The notes under the pieces: model-generated
Told to the model about the DNA's origin: nothing
The model's input: only the letters and a program-made list of their open reading frames with translations
Database searches by the model: none
Assembly: GCA_002269645.1 (NCBI GenBank)
Contig: NIVC01001091.1
Coordinates: forward strand, 186,001-250,000
Direction of reading: 5' to 3'
From: Macrostomum lignano
Lineage: Eukaryota
Length of the DNA stretch: 64,000 nt
Shown here: positions 1 to 12,440 of the stretch, piece after piece
How positions within the stretch are numbered: the first letter of the stretch is position 1
Layout of the letters: each line of letters begins with the position of its first letter
Program-made: the position numbers and the translations under genes

Positions 1-207
1 GCATGTACAAGCAAAAGATTATAATGTTTTAGAACGCGAGCAGTTGTTAACCAGTTTTTTTGGCTTGACAGCTAAAAGTCGTAACAGATCAACTCAATTA
101 AAGTAGACAATCAACCCGCACAACTCCACATTGACCCCCTAAATCACAGAACTCACCAGTTGTCGTGGACATCACTACCAATCACACCCTCAGACCAGAG
201 TTTCTCT

Positions 208-560
208 TCAGACGTCGGCTCTCATTGAATTCCCCGTCCTTCCAGAGGCTCCATGGCTTTCCGCATAGGTTGAACAAGTAGTATCTATTGCAGCATGCTG
301 AAAATAATTCTTCAACGTAAAAGCGCCATAGCAATCACCACATTGATTTCGGATCTCTAAGACAAAACACTTAAGAACGTAGTTGAGATCGCGCTTGCTC
401 AAACTCGGATGCTGGTGCCAATGGCAAGTCACTTTAGACAGCTTCGATTTCAGCAACACTACAAAGTGATTCAATGCAAATAACTCGAAAATGTCACAGA
501 AAAGGTTTAGTAGAGATAAAGACAACTACTCACTACTCTTAAATATAGGATTCAATACTT
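208..560 (-). mobile_element. Degenerate Crypton-like (DUF3504-type) tyrosine recombinase remnant
   Basis: The minus-strand peptide LSKRDLNYVLKCFVLEIRNQCGDCYGAFTLKNY resembles the LNxxLxxFxxEVRxxdGxxY-xxTL motif of Crypton/DUF3504 recombinase N-terminal domains (recalled, not searched). No catalytic domain or element ends are visible; it lies in an intron of the Dpy-30 gene. Confidence 0.4.
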
Positions 561-726
561 GGTCACGAGTGCGCGAAGCAACACGATTTGCCTTTGCCTC
601 GGCCAAAAAAAGCACACATGTTCTTTGTATCTAAGGACCAACTTCTTTTGCGATTAATTCGAAGTTTTCCCGAAGTGAAGCTCTCAGTGCACGATTGAGC
701 ACTACTCAACCTGCTTTTTAAAACAG

Positions 727-1877
727 GTGTACCGCATCAGCGATGGCTCACGACTAGCCAACTATCTGTTCGAGACCAGCCCTCTTGGCTTCTGTATCTT
801 CGGACAGCCTGACCGAGACCTATTGGGGTTGTTTCAAAACAAGCCCCTACAACTGTTCTGTCTGGTTGAACCACCCGAAGACGCTGAGGCGACAGCAACA
901 GTGCATTCAGTGCAGCGCACGGAAGCGGCCGAAAGTCTGGCTTCTTTGTCGCACAATGAAATGGATTACGAAAATCAACTGGACAGTCTACGTGAGCTTC
1001 TTGGTTATTTGTAATATTTGTAATTGGATTTCTTGAAGTTTTACTGGGATTATATAGTGTCCGAGCTCCGTCCCCGCTTCCTGTCCCAGAACGAGTCCTT
1101 TGGGCCTCCTGTCCCAGAACGAGTCCTTTGGGTCCCCTGTCCCAGCACAAGTCCTTTGGGTCTCCTGTACCAGCACGAGTCCTTTGGGTCTCCTGTACCA
1201 GCACGAGTCCTTTGGGTCTCCTGTCCCAGCACGAGTCCTTTGGGTCTCCTGTCCCAGCACGAGTCCTTTGGGTCTCCTGTCCCAGCACGAGTCCTTTAGG
1301 CCTCCTGTCCCAGCACGAGTCCTTTGGGTCCCCTGTACCAGCACGAGTCCTTTGGGCCTCCTGTCCCAGCACGAGTCCTTTGGGTCCCCTGTCCCTGCAC
1401 GAGTCCTTTGGGTCTCCTGTCCCAGCACGAGTCCTTTGGTTCTCCTGTCCCAGCATGAGTCCTTTGGGTCCCCTGTCCCAGCACGAGTCCTTTGGGTCCC
1501 CTGTCCCAGCACGAGTCCTTTGGTTCTCCTGTCCCAGCACGAGTCCTTTGGTTCTCCTGTCCCAGCACGAGTCCTTTGGGTCCCCTGTCCCAGCACGAGT
1601 CCTTTGGTTCTCCTGTCCCAGCACGAGTCCTTTGGGTCCCCTGTCCCAGCACCAGTCTTCAGGCGTCTCCAGTCCCACAGTGTCCAATCAGTTTAACAGT
1701 TTCAGTTTAACATTCCACTCAATTCAATGGATGGCAGGTGTAGCCCTGGGCCAGGCCATGCTCGAACTGGCCGTCGCTCGCCCTTCGGACCCCGTCGCAT
1801 TTCTTGCCAACGCTCTGCTACGATTGAGGCCTTCCTGCGTTGGAGACCCTCAGGTTTCCACCGAGAAGCGAGCTTAA
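727..1877 (+). CDS. 3' part of a Dpy-30 (RIIa-like dimerisation) motif protein; join(727..991,1738..1877); upstream exons outside the window
   Basis: Acceptor aaacag|GTG at 727, donor c|gtgagc at 992, acceptor ggcag|gt at 1738, phases agree (phase 1). The spliced product YENQLDSLRVALGQAMLELAVARPSDPVAFLANALL fits the Dpy-30 motif. Stop TAA at 1875-1877 is followed by AATAAA. Confidence 0.7.
1080..1655. repeat. Intronic minisatellite, 27-28 bp unit (CCTGTCCCAGCACGAGTCCTTTGGGTCT)
   Basis: About 20 near-identical tandem units; accounts for the overlapping repetitive ORFs at 737-1877. Confidence 0.95.
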
Positions 1878-1878
1878 T

Positions 1879-1884
1879 AATAAA
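1879..1884 (+). terminator. Polyadenylation signal AATAAA of the Dpy-30-motif gene
   Basis: AATAAA directly after the stop codon, followed by T-rich sequence. Confidence 0.55.
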
Positions 1885-2393
1885 GAGTGCTTAACATTGT
1901 TGAATTAAAATATTTGCTTTACTACCAGCAAAGTATGTATGCTTACATTTCGAGGTCAAATTGTACGTGATTTGATGACGTGCAAATGTGGCGATGAAGA
2001 ATAGTGATAAACCGGTTCGTGTCATCATGAACAGTGTGGACAAATTTTGTTTTGCTAATAACTCGTGATTCTAGTCTAACATTCTAAATCGCTTAGAACG
2101 AATGCAACGTTTTATTGTATGCTATAAATTATAAAAATGCAAACTTTTTTCAGACTTTGAATATTAATTTCTCAAATATACATTTATATAAGGTGCACAA
2201 AAGTATGCTCATCTCATACTTTCAACTTCTTTCTGGCTGCCTAATACCACTATCTACTAGTAAGTAGCATAAGTGGGGTTGCTACTTGCTATTCTTGTTG
2301 ATTGATTATAAGTATAGGAAACTTCATTTAAATACTCATAACTTTGCCTACTTTGCCCAGTTTGAATTCTGTTCATTGCAGTTTCATTTTCCC

Positions 2394-2942
2394 GTGGTTC
2401 AGTTGGTTACAGTGTCACTAACATGAAATTCAGTTGGTTCCAGTGTCACTAACATGGAATTCAGTTGGTTCCAGTGTCACTAACATGAAATTCAGTTGGT
2501 TCCAGTGTCACTAACACGGAATTCAATTGGTTCCAGTGTCACTAACACGGAATTCAGTTGGTTCCAGTGTCACTAACACGGAATTAAGTTGGTTCCAGTG
2601 TCACTAACACGGAATTCGGTTGGTTCCAGTGTCACTAACACGGAATTCGGTTGGTTCCAGTGTCACTAACACGGAATTCGGTTGGTTCCAGTGTCACTAA
2701 CATGAAATTCAGTTGGTTCCAGTGTCACTAACACGGAATTCAGTTGGTTCCAGTAGTCACTAACACGGAATTCAGTTGGTTCCAGTGTCACTAACACGGA
2801 ATTCAGTTGGTTCCAGTGTCACTAACACGGAATTCGGTTCGTTCCAGTGTCACTAACACGGAATTCGGTTCGTTCCAGTGTCACTAACACGGAATTCGGT
2901 TGGTTCCAGTGTCACTAACATGAAATTCAGTTGAGTCCAGGC
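2394..2942. repeat. Minisatellite, 31-bp unit (ATTCAGTTGGTTCCAGTGTCACTAACACGGA)
   Basis: About 18 tandem copies read directly. Confidence 0.95.
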
Positions 2943-3464
2943 ACTGTTTATTCGAGCACAAACTCACGCTCGCTCTGCATGCGTCCTTTATCCGTACTGT
3001 AAAACTTTTTCCTTACAAAACGCCGGGGCAGACTGCAGTGGATTAAATCTAGAAATTGATTTATTTTGGGTAAGTATGCCAGCCCTCTCTCACCCGCCAT
3101 TCTGTTGAGTTGATCTTTGCCGTCGCAACGGCTTATGGCCTGATCGGAGGTCGGTACAAGCAAAACAATATTAGTTAGTGCGAACTCTGCACCACAGCAG
3201 ACTTGGGCCAGTTCAGTGCGGACCTGAACTGCAGGCCCTACCTACCGTATGCGCGGTGACGCTGCAATGTCGAAACCAAATGAGAGTTTTATTTTGTCTG
3301 CTTAAAAATCTAATAAAGAACACCGTGTTAGTAATATTATAGTCTTGTTAATAATATTTATTTAAATGCTTAGTTTTGTCAAAATAAGTCAATCAGTTGA
3401 AGAGATGCTTAACTATGTACTCGTAGGAGCATTAATAACTTACTGTAAATTTATAAACTGCTAC

Positions 3465-3730
3465 ATAAACTACAGAGGCGCTCAATAAACTTGTTGGTAC
3501 ACAGGCGCTAAATAAACTACAGAGGCGCTAAATACAAGAAAACTACGGTAGCGCTAAGTAAACTACACAGGGGGTGAATACGACCTAAACTACAGAAGCG
3601 CTAAATAAACTGCAGAGGCGCTAAATAAACTGCAGAGGCGCTAAATAAACTACAGAAGCGCTAAATAAACTGCAGAGGCGCTAAATAAACTACAGAAGCG
3701 CTAAATAAACTACAGAAACGCTGAATAAAC
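3465..3730. repeat. Minisatellite, 20-bp unit (AGGCGCTAAATAAACTACAG)
   Basis: Tandem copies with degenerate edges. Confidence 0.9.
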
Positions 3731-4606
3731 CACATGTACGTTGTACACTCGTATTGGCGTTGGACAAACAACAAAGTCGGTAAATGCATCTATACAGGTG
3801 CTGAATAAACAGATTTGATAGTTGTATAATAAAAATAAATATTCGCCGGCGGTAACTGAGCCACCGCATTCAAGTTTCAGGCACAAAAATCCAGCCCACT
3901 AATCTGATAGTTGCAACTAGCTGATTAAGCACATAGATCTGCGAGCAATAACATAAAATAATTTGTACAAACTTTTCGTCGCTACAGTAGCCGTTTTATC
4001 TTTTTAAAAATGAAACACCAATGCAAGTTTCATATTTATTGCGTAAACAACTTAGGCACACTATAACCGGAAAAAAATTCCATTTCGGAAATTTACCGAA
4101 CCAATTTGGGGGGGGGGTCAAAATTAGTACGAGCGTAAGAAGTGAGTGAATGATAATAACTGGTGAATGCGATGCATGGCTACGACAACCCCTCTCACTC
4201 TGTAGTTGTATGCGCTACATTGAACTGTCCTCTCTTAAGGTTAGCTTGGCTTCCGTTGAAGAACTATCTAGAAAGATCTAGTTTCTTGTTTTCGTGACAG
4301 AGCGAGAGAGTGAGAGAAGAGAACCCCGACAGCCACCCCACCTCCGTCTCCGTACGCCAAGCCAGGAGGTTGGGGGGGGGGTTGGCTATTTCAAATCCGA
4401 GATCGTGTAGCTTTTTTTAGCCGGACTAATCCGGACTCAGGGAGCGGAGAAGAAGTGGTTTGGGGGGGGGGCGGGCCATGGTGTACAGCGGCTTCTGTTG
4501 TGCATGAAAGCGCTGCTGGGTGGAGTGGGGTGGGGCTGTTTACTGCTGCTAGACAGGCAGCAGAATTCCGTCATGCAAAGCGCGAGTGAGATCTGGGACA
4601 ATTCAG

Positions 4607-4614
4607 TATAAATA
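4607..4614 (+). promoter_or_regulatory. TATA box (TATAAATA) upstream of CDO
   Basis: Canonical motif with G-rich boxes upstream (4460-4535). Spacing favours ATG 4706 over ATG 4622 as the start codon. Confidence 0.45.
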
Positions 4615-4705
4615 CGAGTAGATGACGGGGCATTGCCACAACTACCCAAAGCCCAATCCGTTAGACCTGTCTGATAGTTTTAAACAGCCAAGACTACTAT
4701 ACGCT

Positions 4706-7288
4706 ATGGACAATATTCTTGTACACTCGGACGAGCATGTAGGCATGCGAGTTCCCATGAAATACCGAGACGAGAAGGCCGTAGTGCGGCCGGCCAACCT
4801 GGTTGAGCTGATCGCCGAGGTCGACAAGATATTCAGCGAGGACACGGTCAATGTCGACTACGTGCACGCCCTGATGGAGTCGTACAAGAGCAACCCGGCT
4901 GACTGGCGCGCCTATGCCAAATTCGATCCGCACAGGTACACTCGCAACCTGGTCAGCGAGGGCAACGGCAAGTACAACATGATGCTGTTGTGCTGGAACG
5001 AAGGCCAGGGCTCGTCTATACACGACCACGCAAATAGCCACTGCTTCATGAAGGTGCTGCAGGGATCCTTGATTGAGACTCAGTATTACTGGCCGGCTAA
5101 GAAGGGCCAGCCGATGAAGCGGAAACAGACTACCGAGCTCATGCTCGATCAGTGCGCCTATATTGATGGTGAGTAGGTGAACAGCTGGGCACCATGAACT
5201 TTCGGCGTCACTTCCATTTTCTCTCTCATCTCTCACCATCTTTCCTCTTTGACTCTCCTCTCCCTCCCTCAAACTGTATTTACCTCCCTCAAACTGTATT
5301 TACCTCCCTCAAACTGTATTTACCTCCCTCACACCGTCTCTCCCTCCCTCAAACTGTCTCTCCCTCCCTCAAACTGTCTCTCCCTCCCTCACACTCTCTC
5401 CCTCCCTCAAACTGTCTCTACCTCCCTCACACTCTCTTCCTCCCTCAAACTGTCTCTACCTCCCTCACACTCTCCCTCCCTCAAACTGTCTCTGCCTCCC
5501 TCACACCGTCTCTCCCTCCCTCAAACTGTCTCTCCCTCCCTCAAACTGTATTTACCTCCCTCAAACTGTATTTACCTCCCTCACGCCGTCTCTCCCTCCC
5601 TCAAACTGTATTTACCTCCCTCACACCGTCTCTCCCTCCCTCAAACTGTATTTACCTCCCTCAAACTGTATTTACCTCCCTCACACCGTCTCTCCCTCCC
5701 TCAAACTGTCTCTCCCTCCCTCAAACTGTATTTACCTCCCTCAAACTGTATTTACCTCCCTCACACTCTCTCCCTCCCTCAAACTGTCTCTCCCTCCCTC
5801 AAAATGTATTTACTTCCCTCAAACTGTCTCTCCCTCCCTCAAACTGTCTCTACCTCCCTCACACTCTCTCCCTCCCTCAAACTGTCTCTGCCTCCCTCAC
5901 ACCGTCTCTCCCTCCCTCACACCGTCTCTCCCTCCCTCAAACTGTATTTACCTCCCTCAAACTGTATTTACCTCCCTCAAACTGTATTTACCTCCCTCAA
6001 ACTGTATTTACCTCCCTCAAACTGTATTTACCTCCCTCACACTCTCTCCCTCCCTCAAACTGTCTCTGCCTCCCTCACACCGTCTCTCCCTCCCTCAAAC
6101 TGTCTCTCCCTCCCTCAAACTGTATTTACCTCCCTCAAACTGTATTTACCTCCCTCAAACTGTCTCTCCCTCCCTCAAACCGCCTCTCCCTCCCTCAAAC
6201 CGTCTCTCCCTCCCTCCCTCAAACTGTCTCTGCCTCCCTCACACTCTCCCTCCCTCAAACTGTCTCTACCTCCCTCACACTCTCTCCCTCCCTCAAACTG
6301 TATTTACCTCCCTCAAACTGTCTCTCCCTCCCTCAAACTGTATTTACCTCCCTCAAACTGTCTCTCCCTCCCTCAAACCGCCTCTCCCTCCCTCAAACCG
6401 TCTCTCCCTCCCTCAAACTGTCTCTGCCTCCCTCACACTCTCCCTCCCTCAAACTGTATTTACCTCCCTCAAACTGTCTCTCCCTCCCTCAAACTGTCTC
6501 TCCCTCCCTCAAACCGTCTCTCCCTCCCCAGTTATCTACACCGCATCTATCTAGAACTCAAACTCAAAATAATAGCTAAAGTCGCATGCGCCATTCGCAG
6601 ACACCATCGGCCTACACCGGGTTGAGAACCCGTCCCACGTGGACTCGGCGATCACCCTGCACCTGTACATACCGCCCTACTCTGAGTGCCACTGTTTCGA
6701 TGAGAATACTGGCAAGCCGAGAACGGCTAAGGTCACCTTCTGGAGCAAGTACGGCCAGAGGACGCGAGAAGCGGTGAGCAGTGTGGCAGCTGTTTTGACT
6801 GGAAATTTTCATGACCAATTAAATTTAGTTATATTTATCACGTGACCGTCTCTCCCGCCCTCCCATCGTCTCTCACTCCTTTTCACCGTCTCTCCCTACC
6901 TCTCACCATCTCACCCTCCCTCTCACAATTTCTTCCTCCCTCTCATTGTCTCTCCCTTTCACACTCCCTCCGTTATACGTTCATGGAACTGGAAATTTCC
7001 ATGGTCTAATTGCACTCGACCATAATGGTATCAGTCACGTGAATGATACCACGTGACTGACCGCGTGTAATCGCTCGGGCTGCTCCTGCACCGCCACTCG
7101 ACTCAAACTGGTTTCATTTTTTCCAGCTTACTCTAAAAAAGAACTGAATGAAGCGTCAAGACACACCCCCTTCTTTGAACTTGCCGCCGTTTTACAACGC
7201 ACATAGATAGAACTTTTGCAACAAGCCTGTAGCCCGTATATCTTTATTGCAGCCGACTGAGAGCGCCGACCCAGACAGCAGCAAGTGA
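4706..7288 (+). CDS. CDO1: Cysteine dioxygenase type 1; join(4706..5168,6601..6773,7253..7288); alternative start at 4622
   Basis: [31 protein letters not shown] (two Fe-binding His plus the crosslink Cys), [10 protein letters not shown] and LHLY are all hallmark CDO motifs. Donor g|gtgagt at 5169 and acceptor gcag| at 6600 are both phase 1 and give YIDDTIGLH. The short third exon [11 protein letters not shown] fits in phase 0 but is less certain. Confidence 0.93.
5262..6528. repeat. Intronic pyrimidine-rich minisatellite, ~20-bp unit (CCTCCCTCAAACTGTATTTA / CTCCCTCCCTCAAACTGTCT)
   Basis: Fills CDO intron 1; source of the spurious 461-aa and 458-aa ORFs. Confidence 0.95.
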
Positions 7289-8159
7289 GGCCTCCCAGCC
7301 AGGCCCAGAGCCAAGCACAACTGCGTCAGTGCGAATTTCAACTCAGTTTTATTTTAAACACTTTGTACAGCAGCAATTCATTTGAATTTTGATAATACAA
7401 TTGTGGTGAAGTAAATAACTGGTGGCAATTCTTGCCATTACTAATAGATAATGCCATTTGTTCGTACTGGAACTTGCGCACGAAGACGTAAGCTATTTTT
7501 CCGTTTGTTATACTCGGTGAAAGTTGCTTTCTTCGAAAATATTTTCTCGCTTATAGAGGCTGAGTTCGTTTGAAATTTTATTTTAAATTCAGGCTAAATT
7601 GCTTGAAGTAACAAATTGTCACTGTCATTTTATCCGCTGTCAGCATGCTGTTGTATTTCTACTTTTTGTTTTAGTTGCACCAATTTACCGCCTTAATTTG
7701 AATTGATCTGTTAGAAATAGTTTCAATTGAGCCATTAATTAGCGTCGATATGCATTGCACCTGTGCCGTCAAGGATGATTATGCTGATTTGTTATTTTCT
7801 GCGCGAATTAATCTAATTTCATCTCAATAAAACTCGTATATATGGATTTGAGATGTGCAAGATCAAATACATAACTACATTATTGTGTATCATCTATTCT
7901 AAAGCGCAACTACAACACACGAGAATAATATTTTCTTATCAACCATGCAGAGCCAATTGTGGCATTTAAATGCTGTTCCTGGCTACTTATGTGAGTAGAG
8001 TGAACTGCATCGGAGTGATATACAAGTAATTCTGACGATCATTTCAAACCGAAAATAATTCTAAAGAGCTACAATTTTATACGATTAAAATCTGACAGAT
8101 AAAGTAGCCCAATCTCAAATAAGGCTAAAAATCTCACATGTCACGGGCACATTGATCCG

Positions 8160-8880
8160 TATAAAGGCGCCAAATCAATCTCAAAAATGCCAAATCAATA
8201 TGTAAAAAGGCGCCAGATTAATCTGTATAAGGGCGCCAGATCAAACTACAAAAAGACGCATAATCAATCTACAAATGGACGCCAAACCAATCTACAAAAG
8301 GCGCCAGATCAACCTACTAAAAGGCGCCAAATCAATCTACAAAAAGGCGCCAAATCAATCTACAAAAAGGCGCCAAATCAATCTACAAAAGGCGCCAAAT
8401 CAATTTACAACTAGGCGCCAAATCAATCTATAAAAGGCGCAAAAACAACCTACTAAAAGGCGCCAAATCAATCTACAAATAGGCGCCAATTCAATCTCTA
8501 CAAAGGCGCCAATTCAATCCACAAAAGGCGCCAAATCAATCTACAAAAAGGCGCCAAATCAATCTACAAAAAGGCGCCAAATCAATCTACAAAAAGGCGC
8601 CAAATCAATCTACAAAAAGGCGCCAAATCAATCTACAAAAAGGCGCCAAATCAATCTACAAATAGACTCCAGATCAAACTACAAAAATATCACCACATCA
8701 ATCTACAAAAGGCGCCAAATCAATCTACAAAGAGGCGCCAAATCAATCTACAAAAAGGCGCCATATCAATCTACAAAGAGGCGCCAAATCAATCTACAAA
8801 AAGGCGCCATATCAATCTACAAAAGGCGCCAAATCAATCTACAAAAAGACGACAAATCATCTCTACACAGGCGCCAAAAC
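8160..8880. repeat. Minisatellite, ~22-23 bp unit (AAAGGCGCCAAATCAATCTACAA)
   Basis: About 30 tandem copies with a GGCGCC core. Confidence 0.93.
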
Positions 8881-10221
8881 AATTTCTACAAAACTACCTG
8901 CACGAATAGACTAAGGGGAGTCCCAGCTATTTAAAAGCTTCTTCAATTATAAGAATAACAATAAATTAGCTCAATTATCTGTTCCAACAGATCAAACTTT
9001 GAATTCGAAAATGAACCAGTTTGTATATTTTACAATCGGACATTGACTTCTCGCTTGCGAGAGCTGGCACTGGCATCGAAATGAAATCAAGATAGATAGA
9101 TGAGCCATTGTTTCGGCCATGCAGCAATCGACGCTACAGCCAGCGGTTGCGCAAACTATCGCAATACACCAAAAGCCAGGTACCGATGCCCCAGAGACTA
9201 CGGACACAAAGACTAGCAGGCGCTATCAGATTTCTGCACCGCAGACACACTGGAAGTCACTCGCCCCACTATAAACAGAGAGCCTTCCTCATTAGCGGAC
9301 AGAGAGCAGGACCTGAATGATGTCGCAACAGGCATTGTTGGTGGGATTTAAGGCGGAGACCAACCTTTTGGCAGGCGCACACAGCACACAGCACAGCTAT
9401 TTTTAGCTCGCGAGAAAACAAATGCAATGCTGTATACACACAGTGGCGAAGTCGCGATTGACACTGCTCCAGATCCATTATTGATTGATTGCGGAGGATC
9501 CGAGAAGCCTGCATGCACGCTGACGCAACAGTGCAGGACAGGCAGACAGACGGTCGGACGCAAAGTATTAAATTTTTGTCATTCGCATTTTTCGGCGGCG
9601 CTTATCATTTTTTGACAGCGACGGTTCGCCGTCTGTATAAAGAAAGGACCTGCTGACGCAACCGCATCTCCTCTTCCAGCGGGTGAGGCCCGGTCTGGGA
9701 CTGATCTAGAATATTCTCCCCCATTTCTGTTGGCTCCCGCATGCATGCGGCGCGGTTGCGCCATCATTTTTCATTAATTTAAAGCCCGCGGGAGGGGGGA
9801 GAGGTGGGTAAAACAGATGTCCCGCCGGGTTTTTAAATAGGCTACAGTGATGAGGCCTTCTCAGAGAGCTTCCTTAATTCGTGATTTCTCATACGTTATT
9901 AACTCCAGAGACAGCTCAATCTCAGTGCAAAATGTTGAACAAATTTTCTTTCTCAATTTTTTTCATCAATTCTTTAGCTGCTTTGTCTTTTGAAGTGGCT
10001 TCAGTTTCATGCGATCAGTCCTTCATCTACTACTCAGCCTTCCAGCCTCCCTGCTGGACCTCATCTATTGTGAATGCCCCCAGCAAGGAGCTCTAGGAGC
10101 AGAATATATCTTGGACTCCATCATGTTTCTAGTTATTTTAAAGTAAATCAATATGTTTTCCTCGATTGAAGCTGCTAGTCAATTAAATTTAATGATTAGG
10201 TACAGCGCCTCAAGAACAGTA

Positions 10222-11097
10222 CCCCTGAATCACCACCCCTGAATCACCACCCCTGAACCAACACCCCTGAATCAGCACCCCTGAATCAGCACCCCTGAAT
10301 CAGCACCCCTGAATCAGCACCCCTGAATCGCCACCCCTGAATCAGCACCCCTGAATCAGCGCCCCTGAATCAGCGCCCTTAAATCACCATCCCTGAATCA
10401 GCACCCCTGAATCAGCACCCCTAAATCAGCACCCCTGAATCAGCGCCCCTGAATCAGCGCCCCTGAATCAGCGCCCTTAAATCACCATCCCTGAATCAGC
10501 ACTCCTAAATCAGCACCCCTGAATCAGCACCCCTGAATCAGCACCCCTAAATCACCACCCCTAAATCACCACCCCTAAATCACCACCCCTAAATCACCAC
10601 CCCTAAATCACCACCCCTGAATCAGCGCCCCTGAATCAGCGCCCCTGAATCAGCGCCCCTGAATCAGCACCCCTGAATCAGCGCCCCTGAATCAGCGCCC
10701 TTAAATCACCATCCCTGAATCAGCACCCCTAAATCAGCACCCCTAAATCAGCACCCCTGAATCAGCGCCCCTGAATCAGCGCCCCTGAATCAGCGCCCTT
10801 AAATCACCATCCCTGAATCAGCGCCCCTGAATCAGCGCCCTTAAATCACCATCCCTGAATCAGCACCCCTAAATCAGCACCCCTGAATCAGCACCCCTGA
10901 ATCAGCACCCCTAAATCACCACCCCTAAATCACCACCCCTAAATCACCACCCCTAAATCACCACCCCTAAATCACCACCCCTGAATCAGCACCCCTGAAT
11001 CAGCGCCCCTGAATCAGCGCCCCTGAATCAGCACCCCTGAATCAGCGCCCCTGAATCAGCGCCCCTGAATCAGCGCCCCTGAATCAGCGCCCCTGAA
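10222..11097. repeat. Minisatellite, 14-bp unit (CCCCTGAATCAGCA)
   Basis: About 60 copies with recurring variants. Confidence 0.95.
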
Positions 11098-12094
11098 ACA
11101 GTGAGCTTTCAACAGAGTTCATATAACGGATTTCTCAAGATGCCTGAAACAATTGTTGTAATAAGGGGAATTAATCAGTGCGTACTCGTACTTTGCTAAC
11201 TTTGCACGTCTCAATAAGTACAGATATATTAAGAATTGGTGCTTGTTGATTGTGAGGGCCTCGTGTACAAATATATTGTGGGCTGTCGCCAAACCAATCA
11301 GACACTTTTTGGTCCATCTCCCTAAAGCAACATTCAATCGAAAGTTTCCATTCCAAAAATCTGGATCTAAGACACCATGTTCCAGAGATTTCAGTTCACT
11401 GATTGTTCTGCGCAATATTCGTTCGGTTATGAGAAAGTCGTGTCTTTCCCAGATGAGCCTTCTCCACACTCCTCTCTCGGCTGGGCTGCTCACCTCTTGA
11501 GAGTTCGCACGCTCGTCCGACTCTCGAGATTGAGTCAATTGGGGTAGCGGAGATTGAGGGAGAATGATTTTTTAAATGATGAGGCAAAAGCAGATAGCAC
11601 GATATGCGGACCTCTTGAAGCGCGCGCGCCAAGCAGGCGAAAAAAGCGCTGGGGTTCCCCAGTGGACAGAGCCTCAAAGCCTCCCATCTGTTGTGGATGG
11701 GGAACTCCATGGGAAAACAAAAACTTCTTCATCTCTAACTGAAGCCTTCCAGAAGCTGCAAAGCAGAGCTCCCCTTGCTCTATCGATCCTGCGCCATTCA
11801 AGCATCCAGAGTCTGCGAGGCTCAGGCCATAGACATACAGGGGAGATCGGGGAGACTGGCAGATGGCTGCTACTCGATCTTGCCTCGTTTTTGAGACCCC
11901 TTCCTCGTCCAGAGGGCGGGGGCGGGGGCGGGGGCGGCGGTTTGCAAGATTGCGCAACCGAAAGAGGCAGCAGCTCGCGTCTATGGAGAAAATAGTGGAC
12001 ACAAAAATACTGATGATATTAGGGGAGCAAGAAATTGAGATGGGGAGAGGGAGAGTATGAGATGGAGAAGGTTAGATCGGGGTAAAATAGGTGG

Positions 12095-12440
12095 GGTGAG
12101 ATATAGAGAGAGAGGGGTGAGATAGAGAAAAAGGGGTGAGATAGAGAAAAAGGGGTGAGATAGAGAGGGAGGGAGGGTGAGATAGAGATAGAGATAGATG
12201 AGATATACAGGGAGAGAGGGTGAGATAGAGATAGAGATGGATGAGATAGAGAGGGAGAGAGGGTGGGATACAGAGGGAGAAAGGGTAAGATTGAGGGAGA
12301 GAGGGTGAGATAGAGATAGAGATGGATGAGATACAGAGGGAGAGAGGGTGAGATTGAGGGAGAGAGGGTGAGATAGAGGGAGAGAGGGTGAGATAGAGAT
12401 AGAGATGGATGAGATATAGAGAGAGGGTGAGATAGGGAGG
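12095..12440. repeat. GA-rich degenerate tandem repeat (GAGAGGGTGAGATA)
   Basis: Purine-rich imperfect repeats. Confidence 0.85.

Noticed and set aside
737-1877. Stack of long overlapping ORFs on both strands
   Set aside because: They are translations of the 27-28 bp intronic minisatellite; only 727-991 and 1738-1877 are supported as exons.
4622-4705. Longer CDO N-terminus from ATG 4622
   Set aside because: The ATG is only 8 nt after the TATA box and so probably upstream of the TSS; kept only as an alternative.
5194-6625. 461-aa and 458-aa ORFs
   Set aside because: They lie in the CDO intron 1 repeat; a pyrimidine-rich array simply lacks stop codons.
11119-11538. 139-aa minus-strand ORF and neighbouring short ORFs
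   Set aside because: No recognisable motif, mixed composition and no convincing splice partners.
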